Assembly: GCA_048128005.1 (NCBI GenBank)
Contig: JBEUKZ010000023.1
Span: forward strand, 124,001 to 188,000
From: Veleropilina oligotropha
Taxonomy: Eukaryota
Direction: 5' to 3'
DNA length: 64,000 bases
In this document: in pieces, positions 21,301 to 36,300 of the stretch
Layout: each line of letters opens with the position of its first letter
Numbering within the stretch: position 1 is the stretch's first letter
Position numbers and translations under genes: made by a program
Notes under the pieces: model-generated
What the model saw: the letters and a program-made list of their open reading frames with translations, nothing else
What the model was told of the DNA's origin: nothing
Database searches by the model: none

Positions 21301-24300
21301 GTAAACTCTAACAGAGATAGGTACAGCGACCAATCACAACAAGAACGAGGCGTTCGAAATATGTCTAGACCTTTCTTTATTTCCCTCAAATTTTCATAAC
21401 AGTTAATACAATGACTAAGTGCAAGTACTTCATGGCTTAATTTACTACCCCGTCGATTGTGACGTCACCAAATGACGATTAATCTAAGGCGACGTCGTAA
21501 TGACGTCATTGCCATTTGCTTGCAATATTAGACATCCGTTATATACAAATATGGATAAAAGTGCTCAATAAATGCATATTTTTGCAAAATTGTGTCGCGA
21601 AAGTTATATACACGACCTACAAATACTCTTGGGAATGTGTGTACCAATTTTGGTGAAAATTGAGCAGGTAGTTTTCAAATAAATCGCCGGATATATATAT
21701 AAGTATATACACACGGACCATTTGATAATGTCTTGTCCTTTTTTACAAAAAGGTCAAGACATAAAAACAGATAAATTGTTAGAGAGAGCACACAGAATCA
21801 AGATTTAATGAGAAATTAACCCAGACATCGCTTGATATGTAAATATCTAATATAAAATCAAAGTAGAAAAGTGTGTCCATCACGTCAGCTTGGTCACAAG
21901 AATACCCATATGAAGGCATAAATTGTTATATTACATTCCATATCAGGGTTCTCCCCGGGCACTTATTAGGTAGCGGATCCGCCACCCTATGACTCCTTCC
22001 CGCCACCTTTCCACACTCTTTTTTTAAATGACCATCCCATCCATTCCAGATGTTCACCCCATAGAACTGAAACTATATAATTAACTAGCTGAATTGAACT
22101 CCCTTCGGGAGCTCTAATTCAGCGTCGTGGGGCCTGCGGGCCCAAGTGGAGGGGCTTCGCCTCTCATATTAATTGACAATTTTTAGCTTTATTTTGTGGC
22201 AACTACAAATTGCATAAAATTTGCAAAATTTATATTTTCGCCTAAAATAAAAAAAAAAAATTTTTTCTTCGAAATTTAGTTGACATGCAAACTTTGGTGG
22301 GGATCGGCCCAGTGGTTACGGAGGAGATAGCGGACAGACAGACTCTACTCTTTTATATATAGAGATATATATACAATATAAACATGCGAACACAAGGGAC
22401 CTCTCCGCGAAATAATTCCCCCGCTTTATCATTTCAATCCGAGGAGAACCCTGCATATATCACTGCAAGAGTACTATCAATACAGCTAACACCTAAGCAT
22501 ATGTATGCAAAAAAGTGCTTTGACCAATCAATATGCACTCAATGAAAAACTTTAACAGCAACGTTAATCCCAGTTTTACAATCAAAAACACCAAATTGAT
22601 CAGTATTTGAGTGCTGAATAGTAGTGATAGACGACAATAAGCCAAAAAAGCACCGCAGATGTTTACTTTTATGTATACGTTAATAGATTTAGTTGTTAGA
22701 GTACATACACAGGCTTTTTTCCTCCGTTTTCTTTAAGTTTTTCTGCTCGGAAATTTTCGTAATGAATTTCCTGTGTAACCTCTTGTAGATCTTGCATATG
22801 TGTTCTGAAAAAAGAAAGTTATTTATATAAAAAATTCTTACAGGCAAAAACATTGTCATGTCAATATTATATAAAGACAGTCATAGATGCTCACTAAATT
22901 CTGTCAGGATTTGCTTGCTTCGGTACGGATTGATGCGACACATAAGATTTTATGTGAAATGTTTAGATTAATAACCACATTTCAACCATTTTGCAGCCAT
23001 ATTATAATCTGGGCCTGATTTAACGTTGCTATATATATGCTGTGTGCAAATGTGACGATGTATTTGAGAAATATTTCCGGCGCACCATTAAACTGAAATC
23101 TGGTAGGTGGCATCATGGTCAAGAGTCGGACAGGATTCATACACTAAATCAATGTTGGAATTTCCTGATTTTTCTGTCAGAAATTTCAGTGTTCCCTGAA
23201 AATTGATGGCACATGTAAGCGCTATAAGAACAAGAATGTGTATTACAAATTCAACAGTTAATTGCAAAACGGTGCATTCTGAGCCAATATCAGAAGCATA
23301 TATCTCAGGGGTCGAAATTCCCTATACATGTATAATGCTTGCGCAAAGCAAATAACAATTCTGAAACGCAACTTAAATCTAACCTGAACTTGTGCACTAG
23401 AACAATTTGATGACACTGCCTCTAAACCAGAGTTTTCCTTTTACAAATACATATCTAAACTAGACGTTCAGTCACGAGTGACCGCATATGTATCCCCCGG
23501 TAATGACCTGTCTAGAGCGATCACAAGGCACTATGCTTTAAAATCCAAGATGGAGGTCACAGCAGCCATCTTGGAGGCCGGACTACACCCAAAATGTAAA
23601 GGTGGTGTGTCCCCACCCAAAACCAATGCACCTACCAAATTTGAAAAAAATCTGTTAAGAAATGACCTGTCTAGAGCAATCACGAGGAATCTCTCGTTGG
23701 CGGCCATCTTGGAGGTCGCACCACACCCGAGATCTACAAGTGTAGTGTCCTCATCCAAACCAATGCACATACCAAATTTGAAAACATTCCATTAATAAAT
23801 GGCCTGTCTCGAGGGATCACAAGCAACTAGAGTGATAACAAGCAATTATGTTGGCTGTCTTTGAGGTCGGGCCACACCCTAAATTTATAGGTATCGTGTC
23901 CTCGCCACAACCAATGCACATATGTACAAAATTTGAAAACATTATGTTAAGAAATGGTCTGTCCAGTGCAATCACAAGCAATTATGGTGGTCGTGGCGGC
24001 CATCTTGGAGGTCAGACCACACCCAACATATATATCGTTTTGTGCATACTCGTAATGATACTTGCAAAGATATTGAAAAAGTTATTTTTTTTAACAAAAA
24101 TTATAATTTTTTTTTTAAATTTTGTTTCTTAAATTTATATTTCCTTAACATTTTAGTAATATATACATATGGCCACTCTGAATCGAATGCCGCAAATTTC
24201 AGGTCTGTACACCACGTTGTTCTCGACTTTTGACCTATTTAAGAAAAATGTGGCGGCCATTTTCTTCGATTTTTCATTTTCCTAAATTAAAATATCTTAA

Positions 24301-27300
24301 GCTCTAGCATCAATATTAACCGAGTTGGTCATTTGTCTTTTTCCTTAATTAGGTCATTTCCTGCAATGTAAGTCAACTGAGGTCACATGTGAAAGATCAA
24401 CCACGACTTTCCATAGTAACTATGTGTCCACGGTGCATCCTTTTTAATATATTGTTACTTGAAACAAATGCTTTAATGGCCAACGAGGCACTTCCTTCTT
24501 TTCAATATTATCTGGCATAATTGATAAATGTCGACTACATACGTCAACATGAGTTCACTTTATCCACAATAGGCACACATTTATCCATTTTTCCTTAATT
24601 GGGTCATTTAGAGCAATATAGGTCATCTGAGGTCAAAGGTCATGGCGCCATTTAAAAGCCCAACCATGACTTCCCATAGTGACCATGTGTCTACGTTGCA
24701 TCATTTTCAAGATACAGCCATTTTAAAGACCCTTAAAATTTAAATCCAATATGGCCACCGGTTAAATTTAAAAATAAACAAGATACGTCTGAGTGACACG
24801 AATGCCCCCGGTGAAACAACAGCCATAACTCTTAACATTGCATTTACGCATTTAACTATGTATGAATAAGTATACACCTATATTCCAAATATCGTTTCAT
24901 TCCATGAATGTATTCAGAAGTTATCGTCCAGAATTGAAAACAAAATTACATTAATAATTAATGTCCTATGTCTCCTAAATGAAGTTGGGAATTTATAGAA
25001 ATGAAACTCCACTTTGATATTCTGATATACATGTGTATATCAAATTAATTTAATTTGAATCCATGAATGCCTTAATATAGCGCAGAATCTAAAGCATTCA
25101 TTCGAGGGACAAACATGACTGTGTAACAATAAATGCTCTCCATGCAGGGGACCGGGCATAAAATTTCTTTCCAATGATATTACACGTGCATACCAAATTT
25201 AATTTATATCCATGAAGGCATTATCAAGTTATCGGCCGGAAATGGGAAAAAAAATGCATGTTGATGAAGGGACATAACTCCCTTATGTGAAGGCTGAATT
25301 TCACCAAAATTGAACTCCACTTAGCTATTATGATCATACACGTGAATATCAAATTTAATTTAAATCCATGAAGGCATTCTGAAACTGCCAGGAAATGAAA
25401 AATTGTTTCCAAGTGAATCAAGGGGCATAACTCCCATATGGAACATGGGAATTCACCGAAATCGAACTGCACTTAGCTACTACGATCATACACGTGAATA
25501 CCAAATTTTAAGTAAATCCATCAAGCATTCTCAAGTTACCGCCCGGAAATGAAAAAATGTTTCCAAGTGAATCAAGGGGCTTAACTCCTTTATGGAAATT
25601 CAGAATGTTACCAAAATCGAACTTCACTTAGGTATTATGATCATACACGTGAATACCAAATTTAATGTAAATCCATGAAGGCATTCTCAAGTTATCGCCC
25701 GGAAATGAAAAGATGTTTCCAAGTGAATCAAGGGGCATAACTCCTTTATGGAAACTCGGAATGTTACCGTAATCAAGTTTCACCTAGCTATTATGATCAT
25801 CCACTTGCATACCAAATTTCATTGAAATCCATAAAGGCATTCTAAAGTTATAGCCCGGAAACGAAGTTCGGATGCCCGGACGGACGTGTGCAACACTATA
25901 TGCCCCCAAACTTCGTTTAGGAGGAATAAAAATCCACTTCCATGACATTTTAGACAATTACCTCTGGTATCTGAATATATAAATCATGTTCCGCTAGGTT
26001 AAATATTAACAAATTTATAAAAGAAATAGTTTTCTGATGAAATTCAAGGTGGCCACCAAAATATTGGGGTCACGTGACCCAAAATATATAGGAGCTGTGT
26101 CCTTGCCTCAACCAATGCACATACCAAATTTGAAAACATTCCGTTAAGAAATGGCCTGTCTAGAGCGATCACAAAGAATAATGCTTAAAATCCAAGATGG
26201 AGGCTGTGGCCGCCATCTTGGAGGTCGGACCACACCCAAATTCTCTAGGTGTCGTGTCCTCGCCCCATCCCATGCACATACCAAATTTGAAAACATTCGG
26301 TTAAGAAATGGCTTGTCTAGTGCAATCACGAGGAATCTCTCGACGGCGGCGGCGTAACGGACGCTAAACCATACCCCCGATACTTTCGTTTCAGGGGATA
26401 CAATAAGCTGTTTGAATAAATCCAATCACACAATGCAGTGTTATATGTTGCATTTTACATATCATAGATAAGTGCAAGTAAATATTATTTGGCGCAAGTG
26501 ATTATTGGTGGTCACTTGCGCCTGATGCAAGTTGTTTTTCACTGAATCAGACCTGTCAACTCTACCGGAATCACCGGTAGACTACCGGATTGCGATACCG
26601 TTTACCGGACAAAATCCGCAAAAACGTTAAATCTACCGGAGTCTCATACTTTCGCCATTTGCAAAAAAAGTTGCATTATGGTTAGCTACAATCTTGCATC
26701 GGAAAATTATTATGCTACCGTTTATCAACGAGGATGGATCGGTAGTCTTCGGCCGCTTTACGAAACGCGATGAAGCACGATTGTGCGCGAAGCTTTGTTT
26801 GGTGTCCATTGAATAGAATTTTGGCCTAATTAATTTCTAACAAACTGTAAGCATTGTGTTAAAATGAAAGGCTTTGTCGACAAATTGCATTGTTTGCGAG
26901 TATTACTAAGCTTGCCGCAGAGTATTAAATTAACCCGCATGGGTGAATAGGTGTTGTTACAGTTATAAAGCCTACACCAATGTAATTATTTTGCGTTTGT
27001 CAACGGCCGATAACTTTACGCCTATTAGGCCTACTAGTAAACTTTACCGAGGTGGGCTTCGTTACACATATCCAACGGTTGAACCGCAACATTTACTACA
27101 TAATTTGTGTTTAGGATTAAATCTTATCACTTACCACGGAAATAATGGACAATTTAAAATAATTTAGCACAGTGAAATAATTCGGCCTGATTTTTATAAC
27201 GATTTAGTTTCAGCTTCACTACTCAACCTGTAATTAGGCCTACAATAATATTTAAGATGCATGCATATACGACAAATTTACAATAGGCATTTAGTGATTA

Positions 27301-30300
27301 TTGGATAAATGAGCAAAACGTAATAGGTGTCAAATATGTGCAACTCGATCATTTGTAGAATTTAGAAGTACTGGATACCATATTTATGATAATTAAGTCT
27401 GATATTTATTTGTGAACATGTCTGCTGCAATTATTTATAATTAAAAGTCTTATAAATGTGAAATTAATTATGTAGGCCTACAGTGTAAATATAATATTAA
27501 TATTATTTTAATATAACAAAATTTTTAAATATAATAAACAATATATATTTTGTCATATTTTATTATACGCATAAATAATAATACACAATATACATACATT
27601 AAATGTACACACAAACAATACCAAATTTTATTCCGCGACTCGTATCGTTGTCGCGACAAAATATGAGTCACGACAAAATCTACCTGACACCCAAAATCAA
27701 ATGTTGACAGGTCTGCTGAATTTCTACCCCTGTTAATCTTTATTTTGAATTTCCCTGATTATTCTCTGATATTCCAGAAATTCCGATGCGTACGAACCCT
27801 GGTTAGATAACATTCATTCGTAACACCTGCAAAGTTGATGATGGATATAAAATATTTAGCTACATAACTATAATATTTTCAACCAATATCAACTTTTCAA
27901 ACTTACTTTGATGACAGTCTGGCTATATAACTTACATTAACATTGTTCGTAATTTAATGAAGTCACAATGTTCTGGGTTCTCCACCTCTACCACGCCCCA
28001 TGGGTACATGCGACCCCTGACCTTGCGACCTTTAACCTCGATGACACTGTTGGACCCAACAACCGCAAACGGAACTGCCTCCTGAAATGAAATATATTTC
28101 ACTTGAGAAACAAGCGTTCAAATAAATCAGGTGAACATGAACACATCTTCTGAAATGTCAATAAATTCAAAATGGCGCCAGATTTAATTCACAAATATTC
28201 TTCGGAAAAATGATTCACAAAGTAGTTTTGTCAATTCCCTATTGTATGATGACAACAATTAAATGGTTTATAAGAGGCTAGTTATTTCATGTTTTTGTAA
28301 CCATAAAAAGTTCGAATTTATTATGCAAACGACCGCACTTTCCCGTTGCGTCGTATGCAAATAATTAAGTGCAATCCTTTGAATGCAGGTTTTTGCAATA
28401 AAATCTTGACAAGAGAGGAGGTCCCTTTAAGCTTTTAACTTCCTTATCATTAACGTTGCAAAAAACAAGAGTTTTAATAGGATGCACCTGATGCAAGGCC
28501 ATCTTGGCAGGACATTGCTCCAGAGTAACTGGTGTCATTATTACACTACACATTATCCCGTTATTTCCGCATTACCTTAAGCTGTCGACACTGTTCCTTG
28601 TAATCTTCGTCTTCGTCAGAGTCGCACTCGGGAAGCGGATAAATACTGATCCCATACTCGTCGATCTGGTTCATAATCTACGAAAGAAACGTAGTTTAGA
28701 GAGCAATCCAATGGATATTTCATTTTTGATATGGAACATGAACATTGCATTAATTACCCTCGCCTCTGGAAAAGAGGCGAGGTGAGGGTATTGCAATCAG
28801 CTCCGTATGTATGTACATATGTATATCGCTTTAGTAACTATTGCGAGTTAAGTATTGTCGACTTCGTCAAAATTTGCAATTACAAAAATCTAACATCAAA
28901 TATAAATAGTCAATTAGCAGAAAAAAGTAGAAATGTCTGTATAGCGCAAACGGTTCAAGCTTTGCCGAGTAATCTTGAGGTAATGGGTTCGAATCCCGTT
29001 ACTTCCAAAATACTTTTTATTTATTTTTATTTATGTTTGTTATTATATTACCTAATTTTTTTATAATTTGTGATTACATTTTTTTGAATGTAATTTATGT
29101 TTAGAAATATCGATCGTAGATATTTCTGACTTTCACCATCGTCATCCTTGGCCACGGGGCGAGGGTTCGCAATCTCCTCTGATTGCTGTTGTTGAAATAT
29201 GCGTTTGGTTTGATTTGGACAAATTCTACCATGTTCATCTTAACGTGGGAGGAATATCTGGTCGCCTGGAAATCCTGCCCTCCCCGGCCAGTGATGGACA
29301 GCTGTGAATGTTGATTAAAGAATGTCCCGCCGAAATTTGATTCCAATTCTGTTAGACAGAGCAGTCAAACGCGTTGATTCCAAGTCCACACTATCATCTA
29401 CTCGGCTACTGGTGCAACCAAAAAGGAAAGGATCGATGCTCTATGTCCTGTATATTTTCAACTATCATTTGGTTCAAAGCAGGACATGTCCGTATTATCA
29501 TGGGTGGAAAGCCTGGTTGCCCGGGGAAACCCGCCCTCTTCGACCAGTTACGGACAACCAGTGTTCTAGATAAGCTGTGTATCTGCGTACATTACGGCTG
29601 ATTACGCATTAAAAATTCTCAAATATGCAAACATCGGGATTTGACTGCGTACCCGATACGCAACATATTTTACCATTACGCATTGCTTACAAACCCTATG
29701 CGTACCGACTACATTAACTTAACTCAATCCATAATTAGCAGTATATAGTACACATTATTTAATTGGTATCACTTTACCTTCATTAATGCGTAGTTTATTC
29801 GGAAAAACGGATATTGATATATCTGCATGCAGACTAAAAGCATTAAAAGCAACGCGAGAATTGGGTCGGGAAATCCCATGCCTCGTAACAAATTCAGTTC
29901 AGCCTCGTTCTGAATAATTTTCATCTTCGAGATGGAATCCATGCACATTCACTCAAAAGGTCGCAACTGCAGTAAAAGTCGGGGGGATAAGGCTTACAAA
30001 GATGAATATGGGCAAATATTTCGGTTTATCTGCAAAGGGTACCACGTATGCCAATGGCAGGGTTCACCAAACCAGGCGAAGTCGGGGACTTCTTCGCCCT
30101 TGCGACCCCAACTTCATTCCAAAAGCGATGGTCACTACTTCGCCCTGTCAAATCTAAGTCGCTTTTGTGTAATGGACAAATCATGTCAATAATAATTTCC
30201 ATTCATTCAGAATAGTAAGGAATCTCACTGTTTAGTGTTAATTATGACAGCATTGTTCCTTAATTGGCCATTTATCTTCAAACAAAGAGTTTCCCACCCG

Positions 30301-33300
30301 TAATGTTTATCTTGGAAGTAAGGGTGGCTAATTAGGTCACCCACATCGTCAAGCTAAGAAGATCCACAAGACCAATTTCGTCATTGTTTGAATAATAATT
30401 ATAATGAATAGACTCTATGATAACAACTAGCAAAAAGCATACCTTTTGTTTTCATCGTGGTCATGATTTATAAAATTATAATCTTACAATGCATTTAAAA
30501 TGCCAATGACAGCACTTGGGACAGAAGGCACATTCTTGTCCTAGTTCGAAATCCGTGAAAAAATGTAACTTTAGGGGGATTAATTTTATGAATACTTCTT
30601 CACAGTGATCTAGTGAACAAAAGATCAAAAATATGAACAAATTTGCATCCATAATATATAATTTGTTAATTATTATCAATGCAATGTCTTATTTGAGAAT
30701 GCTGACACAAATATTTTTACATTTACTATTTAAATTTTTTTTTTGTTCGTTACATGTATAATATTTATTGATAGCTAGGTTCAAACCACTCTGCTCGCAT
30801 AGTCGGCCATTTTATTGTTTATTGACTTTGCTCTCGCTGGTCCGCCTACTTCTTTCCCGACTGGAATATCGTCTCTTTGAAATTTTCCAAACATTAATAT
30901 GTATTTAATATATCAAATTTAGTTAAAAGTTAATTAAAATAAACTTTTAGAAGCAATATAAAATGTTTGTGCAGTTAATAAATTAGCTACGCGGTGAATA
31001 AATTGGCTGAATATGGCTACGCGGAACTATTTGCTGTTTAACATCACTGTATTTCATATTTAAAACGTTGTTATTAGCCTACCCTTTTCTTGAAAACACT
31101 TAACCATGTCATTTGCACTTCATTAAATTACAAACTGAAGCGAAATAATATGTATATTAACTATGTGGCGATCCGCCACATAGCGACCAGCGAGAGCAGA
31201 GATATAAGACTGGGGTCGTCGTTTCGTATCTCTTTGCCTGGAGAGTGGGTTCAAACAGCACATTTAATAGTATTAGTAATTCACTGGCAGTTAGTAGTAC
31301 TATAAGTAAATATACATTACACACTCGCATTTGACATTTAATTTGTTTAGGCTCATGCATTATCAAAAATACTATTTTCGACGTGGAATACTATTTTTCT
31401 GGGAAAATATTACTATTTCTCGCATGTATGGGTTGGCGCCTCCGATATATATATTATTACATATATATTGCCATTACTCTTTCTGTCATCTCCTCTTGGA
31501 GCCGGTACTCCCTGGTGGAAAAATGAGGGAGTACTGTACCCCCTGACCAAAATCATTATCTGGAACAATGGACAACTGTTATTCATAACTTGAACAAATG
31601 TGTGCTACCCCAGCCGAGGTTTGAACCCACTACTGATCGCGTCAGCGGAATAAAGCCGGTGATTTTTTGGAGTCCACAACCGATACCACCCAGCTGTCGA
31701 AGTGGTCAAATGCATTTATATGTGTGTTTATATATATAAATGACGTTGTCTGATGTCCTTGTACGTCCAACCAAATGCAAGTGTTTATTTATTATATATT
31801 ACTTACGACATACACGTTTATGTATGTACTACGCATATATGTATGCATGTAATTGTATATGCATGACAAGTTTTGTTGACAGAGAAAATGCCAAAAATGA
31901 ATATAACGCAAGTTTTCACTAACAATTAAGTTGCCACAACAAGAAAAGATTTTAAAGAAAATCAAAGAAGCATTTTGCATAATTTTAGTAAGCATTTTAA
32001 AACTAGAAATATGTCCATCGGACACGAATGCCCCCACTGGCAGCCTTGACCATAGGGGCAGTGTACAAAGTATCAAGTCAATCCATGAAGGCAAATAGAA
32101 GTTATAGCAGATTGGAGTTGCTTACACGCAAATACTGGTTTCGGGACGGACGGGACGGGACGGACGGACAAGAGTAAATCTAAATGCCACCCCAAAAAAT
32201 TGGTGGTGGCATAAAAACGAATTTGTATATCACTGTTTATAGTTGTACACAAATATTTTTTAGTGAAGTTCATCTGTGCCCACACTAATTTCATTGTAAA
32301 CCTTACCTTCCTTTTTATCGAGTATATTTCCTTTTTCGTTAGCGTATCGGCTTTGGCGATGACAGGAACGATGTTTACTTTATGGTTTAGCGCCTTCATG
32401 AAAGCAATGTCCAATGGTCGCAACCTGATTAGTAAAAATTACTTAAATTGAGACTAACGTCATATTTATATAATACATAATACATAATAACTACAACCAG
32501 ATCCTAATGATAATGACATCAAACAGTAGATGAAAATAATAAGATTGGCCAATTAGATTCTGCAATAGAAAATGCAGTGCTCTTTCGGTACTTCCCCACA
32601 GATCATCCGGCTATTATACATATTTAAGGAGCTCCGGCTTGTATTCGTCTTAAATTTTGACACTCCGCGTATTATGTGCCTTGTCAATTTCTGCGTTGTC
32701 GATTTCACGGTATATTTATAGAATATCGGTTGTTTTCGCCCCACGGTGAATTCGTCACACAGCCAAATGCAGCTTGCGATAAGATACACGTGATGGGTAC
32801 GTAGTTGTATTGGCTTTACAAACGTATATACACCGGACCGCCCCGTGACCCTGGACTGACCGAGGTTCACCTGTTGCTAGTCCCCATGGATTTAACATTA
32901 ACGACGCGTCCAAAGTCGTGCTTCCGTCAGACTAAAATAAATTTTTAATTTCTACATTACGACCTAAATACAATGAAAAACACGATTCAAATGCGAATGT
33001 TGGCATATTTTAATTAATACAACAAACAATGCATGCTTACAATGCAAAAGCACGTTTAAATACCAATATGGCACTGTATTAACTACGCGTCCAACGCCGT
33101 GCTATCGACGGACGAAAGCAGACTCGTCAATTTCTACAGTTCGACCTAATTAGGCCGAGATGTTCTATTCTGAAAAAACAAAATTCGTATTTTATCGGAG
33201 ATGAAAAACCGGATTTCCAAAGTTGAGTAAAAGACGGAGCTGTGGGGAAGTACCGAAAAAGCGCTGAAAATGATATCATCCGCATTCAGCCATCTACCCT

Positions 33301-36300
33301 TGTCCTAAATGGTTTCCCCGGTGGCTGACCTCAAATCCTCGGAAAGGAAATTTCAGATCACAGAGGTGATCCAAACTGAAGTCGCAATTTTCTGATAGAA
33401 TGGGCTTTCCTCGCGCATTAATAATAACTAGAACGCTCAGTCACGAGTGACCGCATATGTATCCCCCGGTAATCCTGGATGGAATGCACATACCAAATGT
33501 GAAAGCATTCCGTTAAGAAAAGTCCTGTCTAGAGCTATCACAAGGAATTATGCTTTAAAATCCAAGATGGAGGCCACAGTGGCCATCTTGGAGGTCGGAC
33601 CTCACCCAAAATATCTAGGTGTCGTGTGCTTGCCCACACCAATGCACATACCAAATTTGAATAGTCTGTCTAGAGCGATCACGAGGAATCCCTAGACGGC
33701 GGCCATCTTGGATGTCAGACCACCCAAGAAATCTATAAGTGTCGTGTCCTCACCCCAACCAATGCACATACCAAATTTATAAAAATTCTGTTAAGAAATG
33801 ACCTGTCTAGAGCGATCACAAGTAATTATGGTGGACGTGGCGGCCATTTTGGAGGTCGGACCACACCCAAAATCTATAGGTATCGTGTCCTCGCCCCAAC
33901 CAATGCACATACCAAATTTGAAAACATTCTGTTAAGAAATGTCTGTCTAGAGCGATCACAAGGAATTATGCTAAAATCCAAGATGGACGCCACAGCGGCC
34001 ATCTTGGAGGTCGGACCACACCCAAATTATATACAGGGTTCGTACAGACAAGACTTGATGAAATTCAAGCACTTTTCCAGTACATTTCAAGTACAAAATT
34101 TGAATTTTCAAGTACACAGAAAAATAAAATTTAGCTAGCATACAGCGACGATACGTACCATATAATACATACATGTGATAAACCCAAAATACCATTCCAG
34201 GAGGTTGGGATCAATATTCCAGGAGATTCCAGAAGTATTTTTATCGGAGGATTTTATCGTCGATTTCGTCATATATTTGAAATTATTTGAATAAAAAGGC
34301 ATTCATAAAAATGAAATATTATTTTATTTATGCAATCAAAACAATACCAATAAATATTATAATTAAATATATATATATTAAACACCACTTATTAAACGAG
34401 TTCCGTTTACAGACTCCAAAACTATTGCGGATAAGAAATAACATTGCGAAAATAGCTTTGAGGGAGAAATCAAGATATTCCGGTAGGAATTTGTCATTTC
34501 GGGAGTAGGCCATTTGGGGGTGCCGATTTCGGGAGAAATATACTCCCGGCGGGAGGTATCACATGTATGCATATAGAGGATCGCCGGTGCCATTCGCATT
34601 ATATAGTTTAACGTAGTATATTCAGGCACCGGGGCTGGACAACATTCCGCAATTACTCCTGTCCATCAGACCGACTTTCGTTCATTCACTACGGAGTTAC
34701 TTCCCTTCACGCATTTACCGTAAATATTCTGAAATTTGAGCATAGTTTTAGTTTTAGTTTTAATTTTTTCCCCCTTTAAATTCAAGTACTTTTAAAGCAC
34801 GACTCTGGATTTTTAAGTACTTTTTAAGTACCAAAATGAAATTCCAGCACTTCTCATGCGTATTTGCAAGAATTAAGTACTTTTCATTTTTTCTTCAGAA
34901 TTCAAGTACTTTTCAAATCTGTGCGAACCCTGTCTATAAGTGTCGTGTCCTTGCCCCAACCAATGCACATACCAAATTGAACATTCCGTTAAGAAACGGC
35001 CTGTCTAGAGCGATCACGAGGAATTATGCTTAAAATCCAAGATGGAGGCCACAGCGGCCATCTTGGAGGTCGGACCACACCCAAATTTTATAGGTGTCGT
35101 GTCCTCACCTCAACCAATGCGCATACCAAATTTGAAAACATTACGTTAAGAAACGACCTGTCTAGAGCGATCACAAGGAATCTCTCGGCGGACGGGGCGT
35201 AACGGACGCTAAACCATAGTATCCCCCCCCCCCCGACATTTTCGTTTCGGGGGATACAATAATATGGATTGTCATGATATAACCATAGAGTTCATCTACT
35301 AGTGTCTTGAAGAATCACTGAAACATATGCAATCTCAGTGTTTGTAACATTGACAACATAAATATCCTACTTTTCACCGCGGGGCCCATGGTTCCCCGCG
35401 GTGAAGGAAATTTTGACAAATATAACTTATAAAATGGTGTTTCCTGGCACTTCAGGCATATTTCACTCAAATACTTAGTATAAAATTTTATATATTTTAC
35501 AAGGTTAGCACATGCACATTAAAGTTTTTCAATTAAATGGTTCATTTCTGCTGTTTTCTTACCAAAACGCAGTAATACATGTAATGCTCACAACTTCTGC
35601 AACCAAGCTCAACTCGGTATTGATATGTTTGTACAATTATTGCGACACCACACATCAAAATTTAATTGTAAAGTGCCTTTTCATCCTCTTTAATGCATAT
35701 ATTTGACATACAAAGACACAAGTTACGTTAAATGAGTCTATTTCACAATCCAATCACCATACAAACCACCATTTGGGTCGACCGTCTTCAATAAATCTGG
35801 CGCAGGGCCCCGTTTCACAAAAAATCGTAGATGTACCGTATTTGCTCGTGTATAAGTCGACTATTTTTTCACATTTTCGAAGTCCCGAAGTTGGGGGGTC
35901 GTCTTATACACGCAACATATCATGATTTTAGTCGAATGCTGGTGAAATATATCAAAGTTAGACTGTAATACGTTAGTTTATCATAACTTATGTCCGCTAC
36001 GTTCACTTTGTTTGATAAATTGCGACATTATAAACCTCAAAACGCGAAAATTTTATTGAACAAATACTTTTTTTTATTTACGTTATAACTTTAGACAGAA
36101 AAGTTTATCCTACCAGAATGTCTTCACTAAAACATAATAAGCAATTAATGTTTACCGGTAATTAGAATTCATCGGAGCATTGAATTGGTCCGCGTGTGTA
36201 ACAATGAAACATGGCATGATGGCACGAGACATTGTTTTGTGTAGCCTAGATGTGATGTTAAATGCTTTGTTTGAGGATGCATTGTTGTTTGTTTTATTTC

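Noticed and set aside
28935..29005. tRNA gene
   Set aside because: A/B-box-like motifs are present but the acceptor stem does not pair; probably a SINE head or relic within a repeat.
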